Assembly (NCBI GenBank): GCA_965655095.1
Contig: OZ296648.1
Span: forward strand, 70,432,001-70,496,000
From: Haplodiscus bocki
Lineage: Eukaryota
DNA length: 64,000 bases
Reading direction: 5' to 3'
Shown here: positions 52,300-64,000 of the stretch, in pieces
Numbering within the stretch: position 1 is the first letter of the stretch
Layout of the letters: each line of letters opens with the position of its first letter
Program-made: the position numbers and the translations under genes
Notes under the pieces: model-generated
Told to the model about the DNA's origin: nothing
The model's input: only the letters and a program-made list of their open reading frames with translations
The model's database searches: none

Positions 52300-52900
52300 G
52301 CTTCGATTTTGACCAGTTGAATTGTGAAGCTTCTCTATTGAAAACAAGTGGATTTTGGCTATCATTAAGATAAAATCTGATGCCCTCCTACCTGTGGGTT
52401 TTAACTTTCTTTTACATTTATACAGTTGGTCCTTTTATAATTTTGACACCTGGCGTAACTTTCAAAGTATATGAATTCGAAATGTTTTCTCCCAAACCAA
52501 TTAAATTTGACCCATCAACACAATCACGTTTCAGCTGTAGTTTGTCAATGGTTTTTTTAATGGGTTTTCTTGCTCTGTATCCTTCTGCTGTGGTTTCTCT
52601 TCTGTTAGAGCCCAGCAACAGGCTAAGTTCAGAATTAAACAATTTTATGTTGTTGTCAGGGTAGAGTTCTTGAAAGTCAAATCGACTTGTATACCTATTT
52701 TAATATCCGCTGTTGCTGGACAAGTTTTTACTTGTGTTGGCTAATTGCTGTCAGTAAATTTTTCATTGTTTGGCTTAGGTCTGTTAGCTCATCTGCTCCT
52801 GGTGGTAGTTTCATCTTACAACAACTGAGTTATATGCCGTATGGTATCAGTTCCAACTTGTTCAATTAATGTCATTAGTTTTGATATTTCTAGTTCGTTT
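52300..52900 (-). pseudogene. Minor capsid (penton-like) protein C-terminal part, lineage B
   Basis: YRARKPIKKTIDKLQLKRDCVDGSNLIGLGENISNSYTLKVTPGVKIIKGP..IRFYLNDSQNPLVFNRE..IQLVKI fits the pattern I.L.CD...GS..NG....IL..F....PG.KI...P..I.F.L.D.....DF.GE. Confidence 0.75.
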
Positions 52901-55900
52901 CATATCATACCTTTCTCTCCTGCTATGGCAGATTTGAACTCAAGTTTTTTGTAATTATTTTTTGAGTATGATTCTGTCTTAGCCTAGTGCTTCACCCAAT
53001 ATTTCTTTTATTTGTTTCTGTCGTGAGTCTTTTTGATCTTTTTCCAGAATTTTTGTCACTTTGCTCATTGAATTGCTTACTCTTATCCAAAAACAGCTTA
53101 GCATTCACTAAAACTGCACCTCCTTAACTAGAAATGGAATGAACTTCTTCCATTCTTGTGATTTCAAGTTTACATCGATTCCGTTTGTTTCACTTTTTTC
53201 TTTGTTTCTTTTTCGTTTTTATTTTGTTTTATTACGGCTCATTTTTCAAACGGTTCTAAATTATGTTTCGGGGTTGCTTTTTTTAAGTTAGTAGACGTTC
53301 TGCGTTGTAGCAAAAAGTGACTTTTAAAAAGCTTTTTGTTTTTTTTTACAAATGTGTCGGCCTACAAAATTCTAATTCTATCTTTTCATCCGTACTTTCA
53401 AACAAAACTGTGTTTCGAATTTAAAAATTGATACTATAGTACTACTTTTTGATGGCATAACAAAAGGTGATACTGCTGTACTACTGTCCCATCTTTAGAT
53501 TTGTAAGCTACTGCACAGACCGAGCGGACTTTCCTAAAGTTCGTAGATAAGATGGAAATTAATCCAACACTTATGTTTCCACTTGTCTGCTAGTGTACTG
53601 AAAAAATTTCAACACATGTTAAATTGTCAACTTGAATGCATCTTGTTCTCTGAAACAAAAAAATTTGACAGTAGTGTTTTAAATCCGTATATAACACGCG
53701 ATAGTGAGAGAAAAAAATTTCAATTGTGTGTCGCGAAAGCAAAACGTTTATATTTTATTCATAGTTTCAAATATTTGTTGCGCTATATTACGATTTACAA
53801 CACTTTTATATAATTTTCTCAAAAATTTGTTTTTCTTCAAAATGTTGCTTTGGGAGAATGCAGTTTCGACAACCCTGCCGAAAATTTTTGGCTCAAAGTC
53901 TAAAGTTATAATTTTTTCCGAAAAAAATACTGAAAATGTTCCGCTGTTCTCGTAAAAATTAGTTCTGAGAATACCATTTTTTGTCCAGTATGTTACCTAC
54001 TTTCTAAGAGCGAGCATCCTATCACTTTGAGGTGCCTGTCTTGATCTTGAATTTTTCAGCCAATTCATTTTAGAGTCCGTTCTTAACCACCGTCGATACA
54101 AAATTTCGCCGCGCTGCTACGCCTGTTTCTACTTTTTGGTAGATTTTAAAGGTTTTCTTAGATAAATTTCATCCTGATACTTGTGTGTGAAATGGATAAT
54201 AAACATCATAAAAAAATCTTCGGAGTCTAAGCTCTTTGAAATTGTTCATTTACTCTATAATCAAGATAAAATCAGTGTAAAAATGGCCATGAGCCTCAGA
54301 ATTAAACGCTTTGTGTTTCTGTTTCCTCATGCATTCCTGAGTTGCAAACAAGCAAAATTCTTTGAGGTCCTGTGCTTTTGCTAATTTGAAGCAAAAAGTG
54401 CAAAATTGGACAAATTGCTCTTTTCATAGGTTTCAAATTGATTTTTGATCCATTGTGATGGTATGTATGTGTTTTGTTGAGATTTCCTGCTTCCAATCCG
54501 AAATCCCACATCATAATTGTAGTAATCTTATGTCGCTTCTTTTCTTTGTTTTTGAACGTTTCGAAGACAACTCTGCACTTGCGCGTTTTACGTTTCATCT
54601 CTCTGTCGTTTTTGTTACCTCCATCGATTTTTGCGTGAACTATTTATTTGATAATACATGCAATGCTGGAGGAAAACGCGACAACCAATTGCTTCGTATG
54701 TTTCTTCTTTCAGAAAGCAATGTTCGGCATTTTGATTTCCTTGTCTTGTTTTCGGCCTATTGCTTTTATGTGCCGTATCAATCAACTGCCACGTCATAAT
54801 CCGTCTCCTATTCATCTCGGTTTTTAATGTTCTATTTTCTTGTTTGCACTAGTTTTGCAGTTGTCGTCGTTGTCGTTTCCTCCTCTTAGGTAAAACCGCT
54901 GTGTACTTTTGGTATTACAGTAGTTACTTAACCAACTAGCATTTTTAAAATATATTTTTCTTACTATCCTTCATTGTCCATAGCCTTACCTTCGGCATAC
55001 AAAACGCTGTTGCTGCTTCTACGGTGCACAGCCAAGTAACTGAAGCGCTTCATAGTAGCATCGAACCAATGTTATAAGTGGTAATGGTATGATAAATCAA
55101 TCCATAGTATTCTTCTTTTGATACTCTTTTTCGTCTGCTCTCATTTATGTTTCACATCCATTATTCTTTTGCTCCTGTATTTAGTCTGTATTGTTCTAAC
55201 TGCAGCTCTAATACGGTAAAAGATACAGTGAACATACCATCTCCTATTCCTCCATTATACAATAATAACAGCACTAATAACGATTTAGTTATTTTAACTT
55301 CGCTCTATTCATAACCAGTTGCTTTACATCCTCAGGTACCGCGCTCTCTCAGAAAATGTGAGCCTGTCTTGAAACAACAGTGATTTGGCTGGAAAAATGA
55401 AAGATCTGTTGCTGCATTTGTATATTGTTTTTTGTTCACAAGTGAATGGACATTAGCCCAAGTTGAAGCAGTTAAACAAAACAGACCTAGACTAATTCAA
55501 TTTTTGCAAGAAAAAAACGGGTAATGAAGTATTGAATGATTATTTATGGTTTTGAACAAGGGTGGAATGATTTTAAGACGGACAGAGAGGCAATATTCAT
55601 TTGAAACGAAGGCCTAATGAGCTCTTCATTAAAAGTAAATTATTTATGTTCAGTTAAAACCGGGTTTCCTTAGAGATAGCATCAATTAACTTAGTTTCAA
55701 AAAGAGAATTGAGTTGGTTTTTAGATCGAAAAAGTTTCCTGTTAGGTCTGTTTTAATATCAGTTATTGTTTACAAAATTATTGGTTATCTTTTTTTTTTA
55801 CTTATTATTGCTTCAGTAGCTGTTTATACCCACGATGCCATCGCTGAAGCAGTATCTGCGCTCTTTTGTGAAATACTCAATACTAGCCTTATTCAAATTG

Positions 55901-55986
55901 TAAAATATTTTCTTGTCTGTCCGTTTCACCAAAACATGCGTTACATTACTGGTTTTCAAAATACTATATCTGTTTTATTATTTTAG

Positions 55987-56535
55987 CTTTCACCCTGACT
56001 TCACCACAACCCGAATAGAAGCACAGCTGCAGATAGTTTTAGATATGGAACCCAACATGCCCAAGTTTTTCCGCCTTATTGCAACTTTGCCCTACTCCTT
56101 CATATCAAAATGCGTCGCCACCGTGCCAAGACCCCCCTGGGAGAGCTACATGTACTACGCAGTTGTGTCCGCCATGATTGTCCTCTTCTTCGGAGCGCTT
56201 ATCACTTCTTATTACGACGCTAAAAAACTGATTCTGACCACCTACAGTGGAGGAGGTGATAGACGCCCCATCAGACCGAAGAAGCAAATTGTTATTTCTA
56301 AAGACGGAAAGTTGATGACTACAGGAGGAGCCGGTTTTCACGCACTGAAGGAGTCCCAGAACGGAGCTGCGGACTCTGGTTTTTCCTTGCTGGCCAATGA
56401 TTACATAACTACCAGAAACAACCCAGATGGAACCCAAGGGTATGTCCTGGATTTCAAGTCACAGAACGCAAATGCGAGACACTCGCACAGTTCAGCAGTG
56501 ACGAAAGCGTCCAAGTGTGAGATGGCTTCCAAGAG
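55987..56535 (+). CDS. TMEM131: TMEM131-like, transmembrane-domain exon
   Basis: ttttag acceptor. Joins in frame as LVIV|FHPDFTTTRI..LIATLPYSFISKCVATVPRPPWESYMYYAVVSAMIVLFFGALITSYYDA (FTPDFT, LPY, PRP.WE motifs, TM helix). Best donor AG|gttagt, phase 2. Confidence 0.92.
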
Positions 56536-56950
56536 GTTAGTTATCAAAATTGTGAATAGTCTTCTAGCGTCACATGACCTGTTTTTCACTTTCATGCTAC
56601 CTTTGTTGCCGTTTGAGAAAGTGCCAATGTATAAATATTTGGTTAATAAAAGGTCCCACATAAACTATACCAGCCGAGTTGAAATAGTAGAAAAGTTGAG
56701 AACGAAAAAATCTATAGTAGGATGTTTCAGTTGGAGTCATTTACAGTGGGAAGGTATGAGAAACGATTACAATTTTATCTGTTTGCTTATTTTTGACGTG
56801 TAAACTGAACCTGAAAACCATTAAATTTTGAAAATTTCACTACTGTGTATTATATGACTTGGAGATAGACTAAGAATTTCGCTGTTTTGGTTTTCTGTAA
56901 TCAAAATTTGATTTGCGAATGCTTGATATTGGCCTTTCCTTTGCTTGCAG

Positions 56951-57858
56951 AGTCAGCTTACCTTTGGGACCCCGAGGCTATCACACGACGGCAACTCCAG
57001 CTTTATCTGTGAACCGGGGTCCTTCAACTTGTACCTTGCAGCCAAACAAAAATTTTGTGGTCGTGCACCAACTTCCACACGGACATCGTCTGAGCAATAC
57101 TTTAAAGCGTATCTTCTGGCGACCAATTTCTCAATTCATCCTTTTCACTGTAACTTTAATATTGAAGATGCCTGTCAACTTTTGCCACATTTTGAAGAAA
57201 GTGATCTGTGTCTTTTTGTATGTATTGATATGTCTCGGCTCCACATGCAAACAGTTGAGTTTGAAAACGCATCGCGTGGGAACCGCTTTCTACTGTAGTT
57301 ACGTGGCTTACAGTAAGTCGAAGACAGTTCTTGATACCCCGACGAAACGATCTCAAGCCACAGATACCCATTCACTGATTACTGGACGACGTAAGAACAA
57401 GCGAGCTGCTCAGAACTCTTCATACCTTAACAATGGAAACAGCAGAAATAATAAGAGCAGCAGTATCAACCATAATAATAGCAAATTCTCGAAAAGTCGA
57501 AATGTGACAAACAACGACGAATCCGCGGAAGAGCATGCAGATCCTGGAGATGAAAAGGATTCTCCGCATTTGTATGAGACTCAGGAGGAACAAACTTCCA
57601 GAACGAGCACTCCTGAATTGGTGCAGAGCAAATTGCCTGGCATGGGTCAAAATGGTAGGTCTGACTCGATGAAAGCCGAAAAAAACAAGCAACGCGTCAA
57701 GACTTCAAGCCGTAAACAGAAAGTTTTAGGCAGCTCTGAAATTGTTTTCGTGGACACCAGAGAATCTGGAGCTCACATTGGGCGGTTTTCGACCCAGGAG
57801 AGAAACTGTTCTCCTGCAGGATCACTGGAGGGTGACAGCTGCAGTGTGGGGAGTGAAG
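56951..57858 (+). CDS. TMEM131: TMEM131-like, cytoplasmic-tail exon (5' boundary could alternatively be 57299 or 57314)
   Basis: cctttcctttgcttgcag acceptor in phase 2, 908 nt open frame with Asn/Ser/Lys-rich low complexity, AAG|gtttga donor in phase 1. Confidence 0.7.
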
Positions 57859-58562
57859 GTTTGAAATTTTGTACGATTTGAAAAAAGCCCTTCGACTCAA
57901 TGTATTATGAAACCTGAAACACAACTGGCTTTGATACTGGCCTGCAGTTTAGAGTTTTCCGTCAAAACTAGCATTTTCTGCCTCACATAAAATTTATCTG
58001 TTTAATCTAAACTCGTGGAAACATTGCCATTTTTCCGTGCATTTCGTTGGTACCAGCTACCATGCCTTCGAATAACTATTCTAAATGACAAATAAGTTTA
58101 TATTCATGAAATCAAGACAGGTATTTTCCTCTCGAAGTTTGAAGTATCAACTACATTTTATTTAACCGTTTGAGGTCTGTGAAGTGCATGACATATGCAA
58201 GCGGTTGCCACTCTTGCAAGTTTGTGGAGCATATTGCAAAGTTCCAGCTTGGCCTGTAAATTACTACTTTGTTCATCGCCTTTGAAATGGATTTGTTTTT
58301 AATTTTGAGGAGTTTCCATGTTTTCAATGAATTGCTTGTGGAAGCTTTTATAGGGAGTCATTTGAGAGATACGGTATTTTTTTTTATTTTGAGGTGATGA
58401 CCTTACTCATGCTGTTTTTTTCGGTACCTAGAAGTCAATCCACGAAAATAATGATAATTTTGAATTTTGAAATAGTTGAAAGATAGTTTCCACATTTTAT
58501 TAACGGAACCTTAGCTTTTATAATTCATTTCATAAACATAGCATGGTCGATTATTTTTAAAG

Positions 58563-58757
58563 GTGGCTTCGTTTTTGATGACGATGACGAAATGAGTATG
58601 GCCAATTACGACAGAAATAGTGTATCGAACGGAGATGGCAAAAACCACAATTCTTGCATGTATAATGAACCTAATACTTTTCAATCTCAGTCCAGGGGTG
58701 GCTCAAGAATCAGCAGATTTTCCAATGGGACGCAATATGACGAATCAATTAACGAAG
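58563..58757 (+). CDS. TMEM131: TMEM131-like, downstream tail exon; gene continues
   Basis: tttttaaag acceptor, AAG|gtaagt donor, phase 1 to 1, open frame GFVFDDDDEMSMANYDRN..INE. Confidence 0.75.
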
Positions 58758-58989
58758 GTAAGTTAGTGCACCCTGATAACCGACAAGTCTGTCAACATTT
58801 TGGGTATTTTCTGGAGTGTTTCTGTATAACAAAATCTTGTATAATGCGAAAGCTAAAATAAGACAACATTTGATAATTAACACTATCATCTGCAGGTCTA
58901 TATACGCATAATTTGAAAAAAAGCAACTAAGTTACCGGAGGAAACACATGAGTTTGTTAAATGTTTATTCAACTTGTGCTAGAAATTAA

Positions 58990-60330
58990 AAATACAACAA
59001 CAGGTGTCGCTGCGTAAACTCCCGCGTTTTCAAAAAGGGTTTTTCGCTTTGCGATGTGTAAAGCTTCCAAAGCAGAGATTCCAGCGATTGCTTGATGCAT
59101 CGAGTACTTTTACATCAGCTAGAACATCAGACTTTCTAGTGCACTCCTTGAAATGACGACCGACAGGTGTTGACTGTTTCTTACATCGGATCATCAGATG
59201 CCTCTGTCTGCCCAAAATAAAATCATTTCACAGCTTTTAGTTCAACGTCGACATTGTCCTAGCTTGAGCATACATAGAAAAATCGACGAACAAGAACTCT
59301 TACCAGTAACTTTTAGGAGACAGTACATATTAGTTCAGAAGAACATTGGTGTCATTTGTCTTCCTATATCTAAACAATGTGAGGAGTGGATCCTCGATTT
59401 TTTATATTCCGAAAGGCTTTGTATGATTGTTTTCAACTTCAGAAGAAAATTTCAGGTTTTAGTTTAACTTGTTAGGAAAGCTGACCAAACTTCCGGCTGG
59501 ACGTAGAACGATTGCTGCAAAAATATCATCCACATAACCGTGATACAGGGATCCGCCAGAAAATTCTGCTACTTTGGAATCGATTTCACTCATGATGTGT
59601 GAACCCATGCGACAGCGTCACATGAACAAGAAAGTCGTCAAAAGCCAAAATTGTAACATTACCGCAGGACAGATGGTGAAGTTCCGTCATCGTTGTCGTT
59701 GTCATACCTCCGATTAAAATTTTTTCACCCAGGAGTGGGACTGTTCTTTCAACCATTTCCTTCAGAGGAACCACGGTGAATGACGATGTTACATCTGGGA
59801 ATACAAAACTTCAATCTCTGTCACCTCGTACTGCCGCGGATATCTGGATGTTGTTTTTGTGTGACGTTCATTTTTGGCTTCGGGATAACTATCCTACAAT
59901 TTCATTCAAGCATTTTCCGAATCTGTCGTCGACTGATCCAAGCATGGACATCGGCAATTGGTTGTCGTTGCACGCATTTTTTTGGGTTTTCGCAAAGCTT
60001 TAAATCTGTGCTGCATGGCCGCCCGTGGATTGGACAGAGGTAAATTTTTCCAGTAATGCCCTTTCTTTGGCTGATGAAGTATTTTTTGTTGTTCCGTTCC
60101 TCATCAAGGAGTAAAGGGTCTTTTGCATTGCGCCTGGCCGAGGTTTCCAGCTCTAGGAAATGGGATCAGCCAAGCTTTTACCTTTTTTCCCAGTATATGT
60201 TCTACAACATGATGCAGAATCCTGATGCCTTATCGAAAACTTCTGCGAATCAGTCCATTATCTTTCAGCACCGCGCAATTGGGTCCTTGTTTTTGCGTTT
60301 ATTGTAAATGGCTGCAGTATTGATGTTTTT
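58990..60330 (-). mobile_element. Penelope-like element (RT plus GIY-YIG endonuclease), decayed
   Basis: DVTSSFTVVPL (~59760-59800), GYVDDI (~59523-59540), and GIY-YIG C-terminal RHLMIR..STPVGRHFKEC..VKVLD..LEALHIAKRKP (59030-59215). Confidence 0.85.
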
Positions 60331-60379
60331 CATTTTTCAGAGCCAGTTTTACGGAGGGAACCCTCTGGGGTCCTTAGCA

Positions 60380-60443
60380 AGAGCATCCTCTGAAGAGGAT
60401 TGGTTAAATACACCGGAAAACAGGTAGGGAATTGGGTGTCTCT
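60380..60443 (+). ncRNA. Degenerate hammerhead-ribozyme-like motif
   Basis: UCCU-CUGAAGA-(GGAUUGGUUAAAUACACCG)-GAAAAC-AG-GUA-GGGA. Core boxes are in type I order with stem I UCCU/GGGA, but stem II is broken and the GAAA box has an extra A. Confidence 0.4.
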
Positions 60444-60445
60444 AC

Positions 60446-61670
60446 GGGTGTCAGGACATTTCGTCCTATGCCATTTCAACCGCTGCAATTTCAACCGCTG
60501 CAATTTCAACCGTTCACACTTTCAACCGCGTGCCATTTCAACCGCGTGCAATTTCAACCGCGAGCCCTTTCAACCGCCGCAAATTCAACCGCTTCAATTA
60601 TCTAGTAATCAATTAATTACAGTAACTAAGTGTAATTAAGATTAATCCTTTTTAAACGTAATAATTGAAATAAGGTTTGAATATAAAAGCGTCGTAGTTA
60701 CCGGATTCAGGAATTAACACACCAATAATAGGAAATCAACACAGTTCGCACCTAATCGTAATCTGAATTGTGTAAAAATTTTGAGCCATTCAGTATGCCA
60801 GCAGCAGCACCTATCAGACGTTCCAAATTGCAAGTTCAAATTATAGAATCAAACCGAGGCGGAAAAATTGCACTTCACGACGGCCAATCATACAACCAGA
60901 AACAATCAACTATTAACTGTATCCACTGGCGTTGCACAAAATATTATAAGCTAAAATGTCCCGCAATCTTGAAAACTAAAAACAAAACTGTCATCGAAAC
61001 AAAAGGTACCCATAATCACGAATGCGACCCCGGCGAATGTCAAGCAGCCAAAAAAGTCGTGAACCAAATTAAAAGAAGAGCCCAATATTCAACACCAACT
61101 GTGGCAATTGCCAATGAAATATACGAGATTTCGGATGATTATGCAGTTCAGCTTACAATGCCGAAAAAAACAACCTGTTGCAAGCAGTCTCTCGAAAACG
61201 ACAAAAAGCGATATGTCTTCAATTACCTGCCCCAACTGATCGACATTTTGACGTCCCTGATGAGTTTGCTCCCTTCCTCCTAGAAGGGAAATTCTATTAT
61301 TTGGAGACGCAACAATGAAAAACTTATGAATTTGTCGAATACTTGGTTAGCTGATGGAACTTTTGAATTGTCGCCAGAAATCTTTTATCAAATTTATACA
61401 ATCCATGTAGAGTTGAACGGTTTTGCTCCGCCTTGTGTATATGTACTGCTACCGAATAAAACAGAAAAAACCTATAATAGAATGATTGAATTGCTGAGTG
61501 AAGAAACGAACCCCAACCCTGGCATAATACTGGCAGACTTCGAAAAAGCAGCGCTGAATGCTTTCAGCAAAAAGTTCCCCCTTGCAGAAATCTCGTGCTG
61601 TTATTTCCTTTTCCAATCGAAATGTGGAACCAGTACGATGCAGCAGGAGATGGGGTAGACCGGACAATGA
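60446..61670 (+). mobile_element. Mutator-like (MULE) transposon, left end plus FLYWCH-DDE transposase pseudogene
   Basis: FLYWCH SNRGG..HDGQSY..WRC..CPA..HNH (60797-61020). MULE core WLADGTF..FYQIYTIH..PCVYVLLPNKT..ILADFEKA..CCYF, then a deletion to FPIEMWN. Right TIR not seen. Confidence 0.9.
60472..60597. repeat. Subterminal 15-16 bp tandem array of the MULE
   Basis: Eight copies of TTCAACCG, unit approximately ATTTCAACCGCTGCA. Confidence 0.92.
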
Positions 61671-62299
61671 CGGTTCAGAATTTGTCTGTAGTTTTGGATT
61701 TTTTTGTCACATTTGGACGTGATTTTCGTGCTAAACTACCCATCCAAAATGCATCTACTCTACCCATCTGGTTCTTATTCAACCGTCTACCCCCGCGCTT
61801 AAATTCCACAACGTTTTTTTGTAGATTGGTAAATTTTTTTCCAGTAGTTACTCTTTATTTACTATCCGAGAGTCGTTTACTTGACTTTTGTTGGTGATTA
61901 GTCTCTTGAAAGGCACTGAGTAAAAGAAACGTATGCATACAACATTACAAAGGTTACCGATCAACTTTGGGAGTGATACATTAGAAAATAATGAATCACA
62001 ATTTTGTTGTAAATTTTGTACGAAATATATTAAACGATCGAATATTACACATAAATCTTCAATAAAGCGTAGACTTAGTGATAATTCTGATTTTGAAGAT
62101 AACTATGAAGCAGATGCTGACTCTGAAAGCGAAGAATCTTGAATAGTTGTTTTTTATTCCAATAAAAACATACAACAATAATTCAAGATACAAACTGACA
62201 ACATTAAACATTGTAGGATGTGTGGAATAAAATTAAGTAAATCTGCTCACCGTAGGCATTTCAAATCATAAAAACATTTACTTATTATAGGTGAGAAAA

Positions 62300-62930
62300 C
62301 AGAATGTGACACTTCTAGGAAAATAATTAATTCCACTGACTATGAAAACCGTCTGAATTATGAGTAGCTTAGAAATAAGGAAGAGCAAGAAGGCAAATTG
62401 AAAAGGAGGTGTGTTTTTTGTGATAGGACTGTCTTGTGAAAATGTTGGGAGAAGTATGAAACTTCAGTAAGACATAAAAGGAACACGGAAACTGACCTCA
62501 AGCACAAAAACAATATTGATAACCGAAGATTTTGTGCTCTTTGTAAAGATGGGTTTTTGAGTCAAAAACAACACATGAAAAAACCAAAACTCATAAAAAC
62601 TAAGTCCTAGAAACAATCAAAATCAATCCATTTGCTCTACCAGAAGAATTAGAATTTAAGCCCTAATTAGTTAACTCTGTTATAAATATTCCCAATTGAT
62701 AGCTGAAGATCATTTCGAATATTATGTATCATTTTATGCCTCATTTGAAGAAGACAAGAAAAAACAGAAAATATATATTAACCGTCCATTTATCTAAATA
62801 AAAACAAAAAGACATAATAAATCTTGATATGGTATCAGAAATACAAGGCGAGATTGGAATCATTGAACTTAGAGGATGAGGATGGATATTTATTGAGTAT
62901 ATGTCAATGAGATTGAATTTATTTGAAGGA
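62300..62930 (+). pseudogene. N-terminal region of a Polinton-type pPolB (Cys/His fingers plus E..GSGW.F motif), decayed
   Basis: CVFCD and FCALCKD Cys pairs, then LDMVSEIQGEIGIIELRG*GWIFIEYMSMRLNLF. Confidence 0.55.
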
Positions 62931-64000
62931 ATAGCAAAATTGTTGTATGCTGCATTGATGCTTGCAGAGCAGTTTTTTCAAAAACAAGAAATTCAAGGAT
63001 CTTGCTTGAACAATTTTTTCGCTAAGGGTCACTGCAGCCTTTACATTTCTGGAAAAATTCCATGCAGTTGTATATTTTTCTGGAATGTTTTTTTCCAGCT
63101 CAGTTACATCTGGAACACTTCTTTTCTATCAGTACTGATTCTATCACTACTTTGTGAAAACTAAATGCATTGAAAGGAATTTTTTTCAAACGAAAAATAG
63201 TTAAATGTAGGCATAAGGGCAGAGTGGTAGGATCGTTGCATTATCTTTTCAAAAAGCAAGAGAAATGCGGCATTACCTTTCAATTAAAAGCACTGTTACT
63301 CAAGGCTTTGAATGAAGCTAAGAATTTGAATTCGAAGGTTGTCAAAATCGATTGATGAAAATCGTTTCTCAGGCGAAAACCTATAGACTGAATTTTCTAA
63401 CCGCTACCAAAATGTAGCATGTACTACATTGGAGCCTCCTTGTCATACTTTCGCCAAATATAGTTTTTGCACGTAGCTTTTACGATATAGGACTAAAATT
63501 TGACAAATTGTTCGAAATCAATGCTGGATTTTGAAGCTTAGTTGGCAAAAATACCTGTGGGAAATTTTACTAACCCCACTCAAATTGCATTCACTAGTGG
63601 ATTGAAGTCTCCATTTTATTCTTCTGCTGAATATGGGGTCGTTGTTGGACTTCTGAAAACTCAAAAAATCTCCATAGTCGAAACTTTCTTCTTTTTTGTT
63701 GCGAGCTTGAGTATTGTTTTGTCTACTCTAATCAAAATCATTTCTTTTCCATCGATTTCTTTTTTTCCGTCAACCCTTTTTTTCGGAAAGATAATATTCA
63801 ATCGTTAGTAGATTTTCCCTTCTTCAGAATTTACCGTTGTCGTGCAGACTTCATGTCAGACTTGTTACCGTGTTGCATCAAACTTCTGTGCTCTCTCATT
63901 CGATTTAGGTATCATCTAAGTAAGGGGTTCGAATCATTTATTTTTACAAGCCAATTTCAGAATGTTTTATACCTTTTTGGATGCTCTTTTTTTCATTTCC

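Larger units (their letters stand above)
47500..53100. mobile_element. Polinton-like/adintovirus-like endogenous virus relic, lineage B
   Basis: Plus-strand ATPase converging on a minus-strand block: minor capsid, CVGG protein, and a coiled-coil protein ending FLSFDPNELVDHLQL..EEITVIVDKLMEYECIT. More AT-rich than lineage A, with different motif spelling. Confidence 0.8.

Noticed and set aside
53430-53490. Maverick terminus (ACTACT)
   Set aside because: Short motif with no matching inverted repeat or 6-bp TSD found in the window.
54180-55300. Possible nested gene in the large intron
   Set aside because: Only short Phe/Leu- or Lys-rich ORFs expected from compositional bias; no motif or exon chain.
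55913-57881. Two stand-alone genes of 296 and 322 aa
   Set aside because: They are exons of TMEM131 with read-through into intron; the ORF-track starts are TTG codons upstream of splice acceptors.
58865-58900. Second hammerhead at the 3' end of the PLE (minus: CAGATGA..ATCAAATGTTG)
   Set aside because: Both core boxes are mutated; indistinguishable from chance.
60472-60597. CRISPR-like array
   Set aside because: Units are 15-16 bp tandem repeats without unique spacers, in eukaryotic DNA at a MULE terminus; no cas genes.

Overview
AT-rich animal (invertebrate) nuclear DNA, not prokaryotic; one 200-N scaffold gap at 19197-19396. Two host genes are supported. The first is a single-exon RDH11/12/13-like short-chain dehydrogenase (11920-12921, minus). 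The second is seven phase-consistent internal exons of a TMEM131-like gene (23344-58757, plus) with ~9.8 kb and ~20.7 kb introns; the gene is incomplete at both ends. Almost everything else is decayed mobile DNA: several LINE clades, Ty3/Gypsy relics, a Penelope-like element, hAT and MULE DNA transposons, and a repeated Helitron-like terminus. There are also extensive relics of at least two distinct Maverick/Polinton-like (adintovirus-like) endogenous viruses (pPolB, packaging ATPase, integrase, minor capsid, a candidate PLA2-like ORF), one carrying a near-perfect 2089-bp tandem duplication. The clearest hidden structure is a complete HDV-like ribozyme fold at the 5' end of the LINE at 1-1300 (1227-1300, minus). 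A degenerate hammerhead-like motif lies next to the Penelope element. All homology calls are from by-eye motif recognition; no searches were run, and relic boundaries are approximate.
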